From Gammaproteobacteria bacterium (GTDB lineage: Bacteria; Pseudomonadota; Gammaproteobacteria; Eutrophobiales; Eutrophobiaceae): a stretch of DNA of 64,000 nucleotides. Made by a program: the position numbers and the translations under genes. This document shows positions 21,289 to 30,066 of this stretch, in pieces. The notes beneath the pieces are model-generated. The model worked only from the letters and a program-made list of their open reading frames with translations, was not told the DNA's origin and searched no databases. The stretch spans positions 224,001-288,000 of the forward strand of contig OZ244905.1 in assembly GCA_965221695.1 (NCBI GenBank). The letters are read 5' to 3'. Within the stretch, counting starts at the first letter, position 1. Each line of letters opens with the position of its first letter.

Positions 21289-22461
21289 CTATCCAACAGG
21301 TCTGCCAATTCTAACCAGGTGCTCCCGCTTCTGGATGCCTCGGTTACAGCGGCTGGCCAATTGTCTCCAGACACTGATGTTCCGGTCCGCTTCGTACAGG
21401 TGTTCTTCGGTCCATGCCTCGTCGTAACGGTAGTATTCCTGTTGCGCTTCTCTGGCCCAGATGTCGTCGTTATTAAAGCCTTGCAAAGCCATTTCATTCC
21501 ATTTTTCGTCAAACTCGCGGTCAAAATCTGGCCGGTCATATTCCTGTTCAATCTTCTTGCCGATGGTCTGAATGTAGTAATGCCGATCTTCATCAATCGG
21601 CACATACCATTCGAACTGGGTCATCGTCGGGCCGGGCCAGGGGGTAACACGCAAGACGCCAGGCAACCAGATGGAAATATTATAGGCAACCGGCGTTGTG
21701 CCCAGGTTGCCACGTAGAACTGTATCGCCCTGAACCTTACCATCAAACACCGGTTCACAATGTTCAAACAGCTTGTCATAGACTCCTTTGGGGCCGGTTT
21801 TGTCCTCCACAATTTCAAATGCATCCCTGCTGGTGGGAACCAGGCCCAGTGGTAGTATGAGGTCGTTGCCTTTTACCAGGATGGAATCTTTGTGTATGAA
21901 GATGTGAGTGCTGTCAAAGCCGTTTTCGCAACCGATACGCCAGTTTGCTTGTACTTCCGTTCTGCGTCCTCTGACGTGAATATCATCATCCAGGAATGTT
22001 GGCGGGACATCATCGGCAAGTGGTGGTGGGTCCATGTCTCCCATGAACACGAAGATCATGCCTTTTGCCTCCATGACGGGAAAGGTATCAATGCGCAGCC
22101 TGCCGATCATGTTGCTTTTCGGATTTGCAATAATGTCGCATAACACGCCGGAAGCGAGATTGAAGGTGAAACCGTGGTACCAGCAGGTTACTGTACCCTT
22201 TTTGTAGCATTCGACCTTCCTCGAAAATGCGACCCCATGGTGCAGGCAGCGGTCGCGGACAGCGTGTGCTTTGCCGTCAACCCGTGCCAGCAACAATCGG
22301 TCTCCCAGTAGCGGAAAGGGTTTGAACTCCCCTTCCGCCAGTTCATCGGAAAACAGGGTAGGGTACCAGTGGTTACGAAATCCCAGCTTGGCATCAATAT
22401 ACTCCCGGAACGGAGAAATTTTTGTGGAACTTGATCGCTTGTTAATATCGTCAGAAGGCAT
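21289..22461 (-). CDS. Rieske non-heme iron oxygenase, CarAa/OxoO-like (alpha3 type)
   Basis: YIDAKLGFRNHWYP, Rieske CLH..CWYH, ENGFD.THIFIHKDS, SIWLPGVL.V.PWP, QFEWYVPID and GFNNDDIWARE motifs. Confidence 0.88.
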   Translation of the reverse strand: MPSDDINKRSSSTKISPFREYIDAKLGFRNHWYPTLFSDELAEGEFKPFPLLGDRLLLARVDGKAHAVRDRCLHHGVAFSRKVECYKKGTVTCWYHGFTFNLASGVLCDIIANPKSNMIGRLRIDTFPVMEAKGMIFVFMGDMDPPPLADDVPPTFLDDDIHVRGRRTEVQANWRIGCENGFDSTHIFIHKDSILVKGNDLILPLGLVPTSRDAFEIVEDKTGPKGVYDKLFEHCEPVFDGKVQGDTVLRGNLGTTPVAYNISIWLPGVLRVTPWPGPTMTQFEWYVPIDEDRHYYIQTIGKKIEQEYDRPDFDREFDEKWNEMALQGFNNDDIWAREAQQEYYRYDEAWTEEHLYEADRNISVWRQLASRCNRGIQKREHLVRIGRPVG

Positions 22462-22500
22462 TTTCCTGCTCCTCTAGCTGCCGGTTACATTAACCTGTTT

Positions 22501-22938
22501 TCAACCGGATGTTACGCGTTCCCATACCAATAGCGCGGTTCTGGCCTCGGGTGTGCCGTCTTCCAGGCGCGCGGCGATGTGGAGTTGGCCATCGATCAGT
22601 TGGATCTTTCTTACCTGTTGTTTGCCGATCCAGTCGGGGTACAGGCTGATCTCGATATGGTGGGTTGCCGTGTCGCCATTTAACTCGTAACGCCCGCAGT
22701 ATGTCAGGTAATCATCGTAGGCGCCGGCTTTTTCTGAATTGTCCGCGGTCCATTGTTTGCCTGTCGTGAACGGCTTGCGTCGGCATTTTTGGATGGCGCA
22801 GAACATGGATTGATCGGAGCCGTAGTAGATGCGGCCTTCAACATGCTTGCCGAACGGGTAGATTACCCTGCCGTCATCGTAACGTTGCTCCATGGATAGC
22901 AGGTTCCAGAGACCTTCGATGTCTTTTTGCTCAAACAT
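22501..22938 (-). CDS. Lipocalin-like domain protein
   Basis: G.W.L.S, PFG....G.I.Y, Y..YCG.Y, HH...SLYPDWIG..Q.R and LVWER pattern. Confidence 0.75.
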   Translation of the reverse strand: MFEQKDIEGLWNLLSMEQRYDDGRVIYPFGKHVEGRIYYGSDQSMFCAIQKCRRKPFTTGKQWTADNSEKAGAYDDYLTYCGRYELNGDTATHHIEISLYPDWIGKQQVRKIQLIDGQLHIAARLEDGTPEARTALLVWERVTSG

Positions 22939-23257
22939 CTTCAAGTTTGAACGCGGGAGAATTTGCCACCGACGTCGGTTCCAGTATGCCTTTTTCCGCC
23001 GCTGTCTCAAGTATCGCCTGGGCTTCGGCTCGCCGTTCCGGTGGCAGCCAGCGACGTTCATGGCCCCAGATACTGGGGCCGTACATCAATTCCGGTACCC
23101 ACCGGTCGACATCGATAAGTCTGCCGGCCCAGCCGGTTTCGATCATGGGGTTGCCGTCCATCACCTGCATGCCCAGGTAATCGCCGGCGAACGTGCGCCA
23201 GGCCGCGCTGTCAGATGCGGTAATGCCTATGTATCCCAGTTGTGTGTAGCGCATCAT
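22931..23257 (-). pseudogene. Extradiol (meta-cleavage) dioxygenase relic with large in-frame internal deletion
   Basis: BphC/NahC-like N-terminus (LGYIGITASD..AW..FA...LGMQ) joined to C-terminal motif (IE.GW.G..ID...W......PSIWGH); only ~108 aa versus ~300 expected. Confidence 0.75.
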
Positions 23258-23301
23258 TATGAGTATGCATCCATTATCGTCTTGCCTCAAGGCGTGGCCT
23301 A

Positions 23302-24072
23302 TTACCCACCGCCTGAGACATAGAGGACCTGCCCGGTGATATAGGAAGCATCATCGCCGGCAAGGAATGCGACCGCGTCGGCCACTTCCGCGGCAGTTCC
23401 CATCCGTTGCATACATGTATCTTTCAGGGTTTGATCCAGCATATCCTTGCGCCACCGTCTTTCCGCGTCAGTCGACCCGTCTGGATTACGCGGGATGACC
23501 CGGTTGGCTTCGATGGCGCCCGGCGCCACGCAGTTCACCCGGATATTGTATTCGGCCAGCTCCATCGCCAGGCACCTGGTCAGAGCATGTACGCCGCCCT
23601 TGGCTGCGGAGTAGGGGATGCGGTAAATTCCCCGGGTCGCCACCGAACCGATGTTCACAATCGTGCCCTGGCGGTGTTCTATCATATGCGGAATGACCGC
23701 ATGGCAGCCGCGCAGGGTCGGCCACAATGTTCTGCTGATTTCCTGCTGTATTTCCTCATCATTGAATTCATGGAACGGCTTGGTGCGGATCGCACCGCCG
23801 ACATTGTTGACCATGATATCGATGCGGCCGGTCATGGACAGGGTTTTCTCGACCATATATTCTATGCCTTCCCTGGTTTCCATATCGGCTTCGACGACCT
23901 CGGCGTTACCGCCGGCACTGATAATCTCTTTACAAACCCGGTTGCAAGCATCATTGACCCGGTCCACCAGCGCCAGCCTGGCGCCGTCACGGGCCAGGCG
24001 CAATGCCGTGGCGCGGCCTATGCCCTGGGCTGCGCCGGTAATAACGGCTGTTCTGCCGGATAAACCAGTCAC
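23302..24072 (-). CDS. cis-dihydrodiol dehydrogenase, BenD/XylL-like SDR
   Basis: TGAAQGIG, NNVGGAI..KPF, SVATRGIYRIPYSAAKGGV and ASYITGQVL motifs. Confidence 0.88.
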   Translation of the reverse strand: MTGLSGRTAVITGAAQGIGRATALRLARDGARLALVDRVNDACNRVCKEIISAGGNAEVVEADMETREGIEYMVEKTLSMTGRIDIMVNNVGGAIRTKPFHEFNDEEIQQEISRTLWPTLRGCHAVIPHMIEHRQGTIVNIGSVATRGIYRIPYSAAKGGVHALTRCLAMELAEYNIRVNCVAPGAIEANRVIPRNPDGSTDAERRWRKDMLDQTLKDTCMQRMGTAAEVADAVAFLAGDDASYITGQVLYVSGGG

Positions 24073-24560
24073 AACGGGTAGGCCATGAAACGTTCAACCA
24101 AGGCTGAATCCATGACCACTTTTTTGGCAAGAAACAACGCGTGATTGCCGTCGACGACGATGCGATCGAAATACATGCCGGTCGCAAACAGTTCCGTCCT
24201 GCCGGTTTCAACCGGCGTACAGGCCACCATGAAATTGGTCTCGGCAACATACAGGTTATCCTGCGCAGGCCGGCAGGCAGTGCGCTGGATAAAATGGCGC
24301 GTGCGGTAATCCGCGAAAGTGCCGGCCCAGATTTGGGTGACATAAGTGACCCGGTCCTGTAACCGGGCGTAATTGTCATCCAGGATCAAGGCCAGCGACA
24401 GCCCCGCCTCTTCGCTTTCCGCGGTGGTGCAGGTATAGGATGCATCAGAGTCGTTACAGAAGGTCGCCAACCAGGCATCCATGTTCCTGCCGTCGAGCGC
24501 CGCGATATAGCGGGTCTGGAGGGCATCAATGGCTGCCGGCGCGCGGGTCTCCGCGATCAT
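24069..24560 (-). CDS. Aromatic ring-hydroxylating oxygenase beta subunit (NagH/AndAd-like)
   Basis: RY...LD.....W..F, LQDRV, TRH and G.Y.D pattern; translationally coupled to the alpha subunit. Confidence 0.85.
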   Translation of the reverse strand: MIAETRAPAAIDALQTRYIAALDGRNMDAWLATFCNDSDASYTCTTAESEEAGLSLALILDDNYARLQDRVTYVTQIWAGTFADYRTRHFIQRTACRPAQDNLYVAETNFMVACTPVETGRTELFATGMYFDRIVVDGNHALFLAKKVVMDSALVERFMAYPL

Positions 24561-25759
24561 GCTGCCGGCGCCTTTTCAAACCCCATAACTTGCCGGTAGT
24601 ATTCCCAGCCGGGCAGGTTCGAGGATTCATCGTTCTGGCCGAACTCAGCGGGAATTTCGTACTCATTGCTCACACCTTTCTGGAAAACAGCGTCGCCGGG
24701 CGTCTGGCTGCCGCTGTGCAGGCGATGGAAGACCGCGGCGTCTTCCATGCTGACCAGGCCGCAAGGCCCAAGCAGGTTGGATGCCTGGCGCACCCGGTGT
24801 TTGACGAGATCTTCGTCATCGTCCACATGGGCGAAATAAGTGTAATGAACTTCCGTCTCATCGACCGAGAGCGGGTTGGCAAAGCGGATGCTGATGGTGT
24901 CCAGGTGCCGGGTAATGCCGGAAATGGGGAAAAAACGCACACTGACAGAGCCGCGGGACAGGTCACCGCCGCTTTTGTGCTCGATTAAAGATGGATCATG
25001 TAACCGGTCAACCGATTCCGGCAGACTCAGTTCACCTACGTAGATGCGGTGCCCGCGCGCATTGGCCTCCTGGTATCCCTTGCCGCCCTGCCAGTTCAGC
25101 AAGCGGAATGCCGTATGCAACAAGCCCGCATGGTAGGTATCGTTGTCGGCATAGGTCTTCCAGTTTGCCTTCAGCAGGACTTTCTGGAAACCCAGTAATC
25201 TCAGCCGCCCGTCCCCGGCCAGCGCCTCGGCAATGGAATCATGCAGGCCGTCCAGGTAGACCTCGACCGGAGGCGTTTCCGCACTGAACGTGACCATAAC
25301 CAGGCCATGCGCCAGCGCCATCCTGGGGCTGGCCAGGGGGTAGTTGTTCCGGTCAAAATCATCGGGATAATCACCCGGCTTGTTGGGACAACCGACCAGC
25401 TTGCCGGTGGAGTCGAATGACCAGCGATGATACGGACAACCAAACCTGAACTTGTTGCCCCTGGGCGCGGTTTCCACTTGCGCTCCCCGGTGGGAGCAGG
25501 AGTTATAGAGCACATTTATCCTGTTTTCCCGGTCCCGGGTGATAAGCAGCGGCACCCGGCCGATCCGGACAGTCTTGAAGTCCCCCTGGTTCGGTATCTC
25601 TGACTCATGGGCGATCATCAGCCATTCCGGGCCGTAGAATATACGCCTCAGTTCTTCTTCAAAGATATCGGGGCGGACAAAGATTTGCTTGGGCACATGG
25701 TTGGCCTTGGCGGGCCAGATTATCGGCTGTTGTCCACTTTGCGAATTTGTCATAGTCAT
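24557..25759 (-). CDS. Aromatic ring-hydroxylating oxygenase alpha subunit (salicylate/anthranilate group)
   Basis: Rieske CSHRG..CPYH; NWK...D.YHA.LLH; GP.GLVSMED; start placed at MTMTNSQ. Confidence 0.9.
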   Translation of the reverse strand: MTMTNSQSGQQPIIWPAKANHVPKQIFVRPDIFEEELRRIFYGPEWLMIAHESEIPNQGDFKTVRIGRVPLLITRDRENRINVLYNSCSHRGAQVETAPRGNKFRFGCPYHRWSFDSTGKLVGCPNKPGDYPDDFDRNNYPLASPRMALAHGLVMVTFSAETPPVEVYLDGLHDSIAEALAGDGRLRLLGFQKVLLKANWKTYADNDTYHAGLLHTAFRLLNWQGGKGYQEANARGHRIYVGELSLPESVDRLHDPSLIEHKSGGDLSRGSVSVRFFPISGITRHLDTISIRFANPLSVDETEVHYTYFAHVDDDEDLVKHRVRQASNLLGPCGLVSMEDAAVFHRLHSGSQTPGDAVFQKGVSNEYEIPAEFGQNDESSNLPGWEYYRQVMGFEKAPAA

Positions 25760-25944
25760 CGCAGGCGCCCCCTGCAGTTGATGCAACTGCGTGCAGTATA
25801 TCAGTGATCGAACTTTTCGACTTTGCACAGAGTTGGAAATGACGATCCTGACATAAAAGTTTACAATGAAACCGCAGTAACCGGTCACACACATAGACTG
25901 AAGACCACTCAATTTTGGCCGTACCGGCAATACCGAATTCGGAT

Positions 25945-27387
25945 ATGAAACGCGAAACACTGGACAAGTCCATCAGTTTCAGGAGCTATATCGCCATCGG
26001 CCTGGGCACGATTATCGGGATCGGGTGGGTGATCTATGCCGGTTACTGGCTGCGCGATGGCGGTCCGGTGGGCGCGATGCTGGCTTTCATCCTGTGCGGC
26101 CTGTTCCTGTTACCGGTGGGGAAGTGTTATGCCGAACTGACTGCTGCCATCCCGGTAGCCGGCGGCGAGGCTGCGTTCGCTTACAAGGCATTCGGACCGT
26201 TTGTCTCGTTCCTGACCGCTTGCGCGTTGGCCTTGAGTTACATCGCCATTACGCCGTTTGAGACCATCGCCATCGGCGCGCTGGTGGAGGCGATGTTCCC
26301 GGCGCTCATCTCGGAACCCCTGTACCAGATGGGAGGCTATACCATACGGGTATCGAACCTGTTACCTGGAATTATCCTGGGCGCGCTGCTCATCCTGCTC
26401 AACTGCCGGGGCGCCCGCAGTTCCACCGGTTTCCAAACACTGGTGCTTGCTATCCTGGCATTGTGTGCGCTGGTGTTCATTTCCGTGGCCCTGTTGAAGG
26501 GAGACCTTGTAAACCTGACCCCGATGTTTGCAAGTGGCGGCGCGTCCTGGGTCGCAGCGCCGGCTTCCATTATTCCCGTACTGGTTGTCGCGCCGTATTT
26601 TATGGCCGGTTTCGATACTATCCCCCAAGCCGCGGAGGAGGCCGGTGTCAGCATGGCGCCACACCGGATCGGCGTTGCGATACTCGCGTGCATCGTGCTC
26701 GGCGCACTATTCTATGCCTTGATCATCCTGGCGCTGGGAATGAGTTCGACGCCCGGCCAGTTGGCGGCTATCATGCAGGACCGGGATGCAATGCCCACCG
26801 CCGAAATATTCCGGCTCGCATTCGGCTACGAGTGGGCCGCGCAACTGGTGCTGTTTGCAGCCTTGCTTGGTCTGCTCACGACGTTGAACGGGATCTACAT
26901 CGCATCCTCCAGGCTGTTGTTTTTTCTCGGGCGCGGCGGCATGTTGCCGCACTGGTTCGCCAAAGTCGATGCGCGCCACAGGATGCCTGTCAATGCGCTC
27001 TTGTTTGTCGGAGCAATTTCTCTGCTGGGACCCCCGGTCGGCAGAGCTGCGCTGGTCCCGATAGTGACCAGTGGCTCCCTGGCCTTCGTAGCAGCGTTGC
27101 TACTGACCTGCTTGGCTGCCGTGCGCCTGCGCACAACTGCTCCGGACATGAATCGCCCTTACCGGACCGGCAAATCAACGATGTATTGTGGGATTGTTGT
27201 TTCGGGCATACTCGTGTTATTGATGGTGGTTCCCGGCAGTCCCGGCCAGTTGCGACCGCAGGAGTTTGCCATCATAGGTATCTGGATGTGCCTGGGCGTT
27301 GCCGGGTACTGCCTGCGCCGCTCCCTCAGAGATATGGAACCGTCACAGCAGCGTTACCTGATCCTGGGTGAGGAACCTCACAGATGA
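25945..27387 (+). CDS. APC-family amino acid permease
   Basis: GTIIGIG, YAEL.AAIPVAGGE, GFD.IPQAAEE and SSRLLF motifs; about 12 TM segments. Confidence 0.9.
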   Translation: MKRETLDKSISFRSYIAIGLGTIIGIGWVIYAGYWLRDGGPVGAMLAFILCGLFLLPVGKCYAELTAAIPVAGGEAAFAYKAFGPFVSFLTACALALSYIAITPFETIAIGALVEAMFPALISEPLYQMGGYTIRVSNLLPGIILGALLILLNCRGARSSTGFQTLVLAILALCALVFISVALLKGDLVNLTPMFASGGASWVAAPASIIPVLVVAPYFMAGFDTIPQAAEEAGVSMAPHRIGVAILACIVLGALFYALIILALGMSSTPGQLAAIMQDRDAMPTAEIFRLAFGYEWAAQLVLFAALLGLLTTLNGIYIASSRLLFFLGRGGMLPHWFAKVDARHRMPVNALLFVGAISLLGPPVGRAALVPIVTSGSLAFVAALLLTCLAAVRLRTTAPDMNRPYRTGKSTMYCGIVVSGILVLLMVVPGSPGQLRPQEFAIIGIWMCLGVAGYCLRRSLRDMEPSQQRYLILGEEPHR

Positions 27388-27456
27388 TGTGAGTAACAGA
27401 TTTGACACTGCCACCTAACCCGATATATCTTGCCGGGTAAATTTTGCTAACTGACC

Positions 27457-27618
27457 TGCGCCTCATACCATTCCTGTGCAAACGGGAATCCAGTGGAACA
27501 AAGGGTCGCCCTCTGGGCGACACTGAATTTGACTGGACTCCCGCTGTTGCGGGAGTGGTACGGAGGGATGCCTTGGCATGTACCAACAGTTACATGGGTG
27601 TGCAAAGACCTGATCATG
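27457..27618 (-). repeat. Extended family-A repeat, left arm of an inverted pair
   Basis: Reverse complement aligns over ~160 bp with 28675-28835. Confidence 0.88.
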
Positions 27619-27670
27619 AAAGTTTGGCTTCTTATAGCGGCCATGCATCTAAACCCCCAAAGGATATAAA

Positions 27671-28669
27671 ATGCGAACAAGTCGCAACAGGCTGGATGTA
27701 GACGACATAACAGGCGCTTGGGCTATCATGCCCGCACCTGCGATCACAACAGGTGATGACTGGCGAACTGAGGACTCGGTCGATTACGACGAGGTTTCCA
27801 GGGCCGTGGCCGGTCTGATCGAGGCCGGCGTTGATGGCATCATGTGCCAGGGCACGTTTGGGGAAGGAGCCACGCTTACCTGGGAAGAAAAAAGCAAGAT
27901 GACTGAGGTCATGGTGGAAACGGCTGCGGGACGAGCGCACATCTTCGCGGGTGTTACCACGCTCAATACTCGCGAGACTGTCAGGCAACTCAAGCATGTG
28001 CACGATACAGGCGCCGACGGTGTGATGTTGGGTGTGCCCATGTGGCAGGAACTTGATGTGCCCGGGGCAGTGCAGTTCTACCGGGATGTTGCCGAAGCAG
28101 CGCCGGAACTGGCGATTTGTATCTACGCCAATCCTGAGGCATTCAAGTTCTCGTTCCCGACGCCATTTTGGGCGCAGGTGGCAGAGATTCCGCAGGTTGT
28201 GAGCTGTAAGTACATCCATATTGCCCAATTACAGCTCCACACGATCGCGACGCGCAAACAACTGCGTTTTCTGCCGATAGAGTTCGACCATAGAGATGCT
28301 GCGAGGATGGACCCTGAGTTCCACACGGCCTTCTGGTCTCCCTGTGCATGCACCGGGCCTGAGTTGACCATCTATTGGCGCGATATTGTCCGGGAGGCAG
28401 CCCGTACCGGCGATTGGTCGCAGCCGGATGCCCTTTATCCACGTATCATGTCGGTGTTGTCGAACCTGTTCCCGCCCGGCGGCTTTCCTGAATTTTCGCG
28501 CTATAACATTCAACTGGAGAAAGAACGCATCAATGCGGCAGGCTGGATGAACGCCGGCCCCTGCCGTCCGCCATATACCACGGCGCCGGAGAGTTACCTG
28601 GCTGGCGCTCGCCTGGCCGGGACCGGCTGGGCGGAACTTAACCAAGCGCTCTTGGATGGAACTCTCTAA
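27671..28669 (+). CDS. nahE: trans-o-hydroxybenzylidenepyruvate hydratase-aldolase-like (DapA/NAL family)
   Basis: DITGAWAIMP.P, GTFGE.ATLTWEEK, IYANPEAFKF.FP..FW and FS.YNI.LEK.R..AAGW..AGPCRPPY motifs. Confidence 0.85.
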   Translation: MRTSRNRLDVDDITGAWAIMPAPAITTGDDWRTEDSVDYDEVSRAVAGLIEAGVDGIMCQGTFGEGATLTWEEKSKMTEVMVETAAGRAHIFAGVTTLNTRETVRQLKHVHDTGADGVMLGVPMWQELDVPGAVQFYRDVAEAAPELAICIYANPEAFKFSFPTPFWAQVAEIPQVVSCKYIHIAQLQLHTIATRKQLRFLPIEFDHRDAARMDPEFHTAFWSPCACTGPELTIYWRDIVREAARTGDWSQPDALYPRIMSVLSNLFPPGGFPEFSRYNIQLEKERINAAGWMNAGPCRPPYTTAPESYLAGARLAGTGWAELNQALLDGTL

Positions 28670-28674
28670 CCCCA

Positions 28675-28835
28675 CATGATCAGGCCTCTGCACACGCATC
28701 TAACTGTTGGCACAGGCCTGGGCATTCCGCCGTATCACTCCCGCAACAGCGGGGGTCCAGTCAAATACTGTGTCGCCCGGGGGCGACCCGTTTTATCACT
28801 GGATTCCCGTTTGCACGGGAATGGTATAGGGCGCC
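28675..28835 (+). repeat. Extended family-A repeat, right arm of an inverted pair
   Basis: CATGATCAGG..CACTCCCGCAACAGCGGG..CCAGTCAAATACTGTGTCGCCC..CTGGATTCCCGTTTGCACGGGAATG. Confidence 0.88.
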
Positions 28836-28871
28836 CGCAATGCTGGGGCGGGCTTAACTCTTTCCGTTACG

Positions 28872-29489
28872 TTGAGTAATACATCGTCATCCGGGTTGGA
28901 ATTTTATTTTGATTTCCTGAGCCCGTTCGCTTATCTCGCACATGATCGTGTGTGTGAGTTGGCCAGCAGGTATCGTAGAGAGCTGACTTACATACCGATC
29001 GACCTGGCGGCTGCGAAAATTGCCACCGGCAACACCGGACCGACCAATCGCGAGATACCGGTCAAGTTGCGCTACCTGATGGTCGATATTGATCGATGGG
29101 CGAAGAAATTGAATTTGCCGGTCAGTTTCCCGGCATCACTGGATTCTCACAAGATGAACGCCGGTACCTTCTATGCGCTGGACAGGGGTCTCGGGGAAAA
29201 ATATGTCAGGGAAGGCTTTAACCTGGGTTGGGGATTGGGCGGTGATATAGGATCTGATGAGACATTGACCCGATTGGCTGAAATAATGGGTTGGCCACCT
29301 GCGGAATTTCTCGAATATGCCAGCATTTCGAAGCTGTTGCCCGAATATACGGCATCGAACAGGCAAGCGCAGGAAAAAGGTGTATTCGGGGTTCCTACCA
29401 TTATTGTTGACGATCAGATGTGGTGGGGTAATGATCGTTTGGATTTTGTCGAGGAATACCTGGTCGAATCCGGAGGTGTAAATGAATAA
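28872..29489 (+). CDS. nahD: 2-hydroxychromene-2-carboxylate isomerase (kappa-GST/DsbA fold)
   Basis: FYFDFLSPFAYLA, GNTGP.NRE.PVKL.YL..D..RWA and GVFGVPT..V...MWWGNDRL motifs. Confidence 0.88.
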   Translation: MSNTSSSGLEFYFDFLSPFAYLAHDRVCELASRYRRELTYIPIDLAAAKIATGNTGPTNREIPVKLRYLMVDIDRWAKKLNLPVSFPASLDSHKMNAGTFYALDRGLGEKYVREGFNLGWGLGGDIGSDETLTRLAEIMGWPPAEFLEYASISKLLPEYTASNRQAQEKGVFGVPTIIVDDQMWWGNDRLDFVEEYLVESGGVNE

Positions 29490-29871
29490 ATCTGGTGTGC
29501 CGATGCTGGCCGATTACATGCCCGCGCATGCCGGCGCGCTGACCCATAACGACAAGCAGCATTACACCCAGCAGGAGTTGTCGCGGCTTATTGTACAACT
29601 TGACAAACTGGGGGCGACGGTAAAAGTCCACACCGCGGGAGACCGTTCCGTCCGGGTTACGCTGAACGCGATCGAGGCTGCCCGGCAAGCCAACGGCGAC
29701 AGCGGCTTGCGCCATGAACTGGCGCACTCGGGTTACATCGATGAGGCCGATATCATAGTGCTGGAACACAACCTGTTTGAAATCCCTGTGAGTCGGATCA
29801 GCGATACGCAGGTATCGCTGACCCTGTTCGGCGGCAGGATCGTTCACGGAATGCCCGTTCCTGTCCGATAG
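29482..29871 (+). pseudogene. Amidohydrolase 3 family relic with deletions
   Basis: KVHTAGD..LRHELAH joined directly to ADIIVLEHNLFEIP; ~90 aa missing relative to the 12962 paralog and N-terminal half absent. Confidence 0.8.
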
Positions 29872-29879
29872 TGATTTAA

Positions 29880-30030
29880 GGAAACTCTGATTAAGTCAGA
29901 GTTTCCTGCGATACAGGGATGTATCGCCAAAATCAGTGACGATACGTCATTGATTTTGAGAGCAAAACAAAAATTGCATTTTTGTTTTGCGTGCTCTGAC
30001 AAGTCCAGGATGGACTTGTTCAGAGCTTCC
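29880..30030. mobile_element. 151-bp MITE (family B), TTAA-flanked, multi-hairpin
   Basis: TTAA-GGAAACTCTGA...TCAGAGCTTCC-TTAA with internal inverted repeats. Confidence 0.85.
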
Positions 30031-30066
30031 TTAAATTATGACTGTTTTATCATTGAGACAATTCGC

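Noticed and set aside
26463-27371. 302-aa alternate-frame ORF
   Set aside because: Overlaps the APC permease on the same strand; low-complexity Arg/Cys-rich shadow frame
27326-27701. Small ORFs sharing TPA.AGVQSN.VSP peptides (also at 10548, 28676 and 47788)
   Set aside because: Translations of the non-coding family-A repeat
29950-30066. N-terminal extension of the molybdopterin oxidoreductase
   Set aside because: Derived from the MITE; the real start is likely 30067
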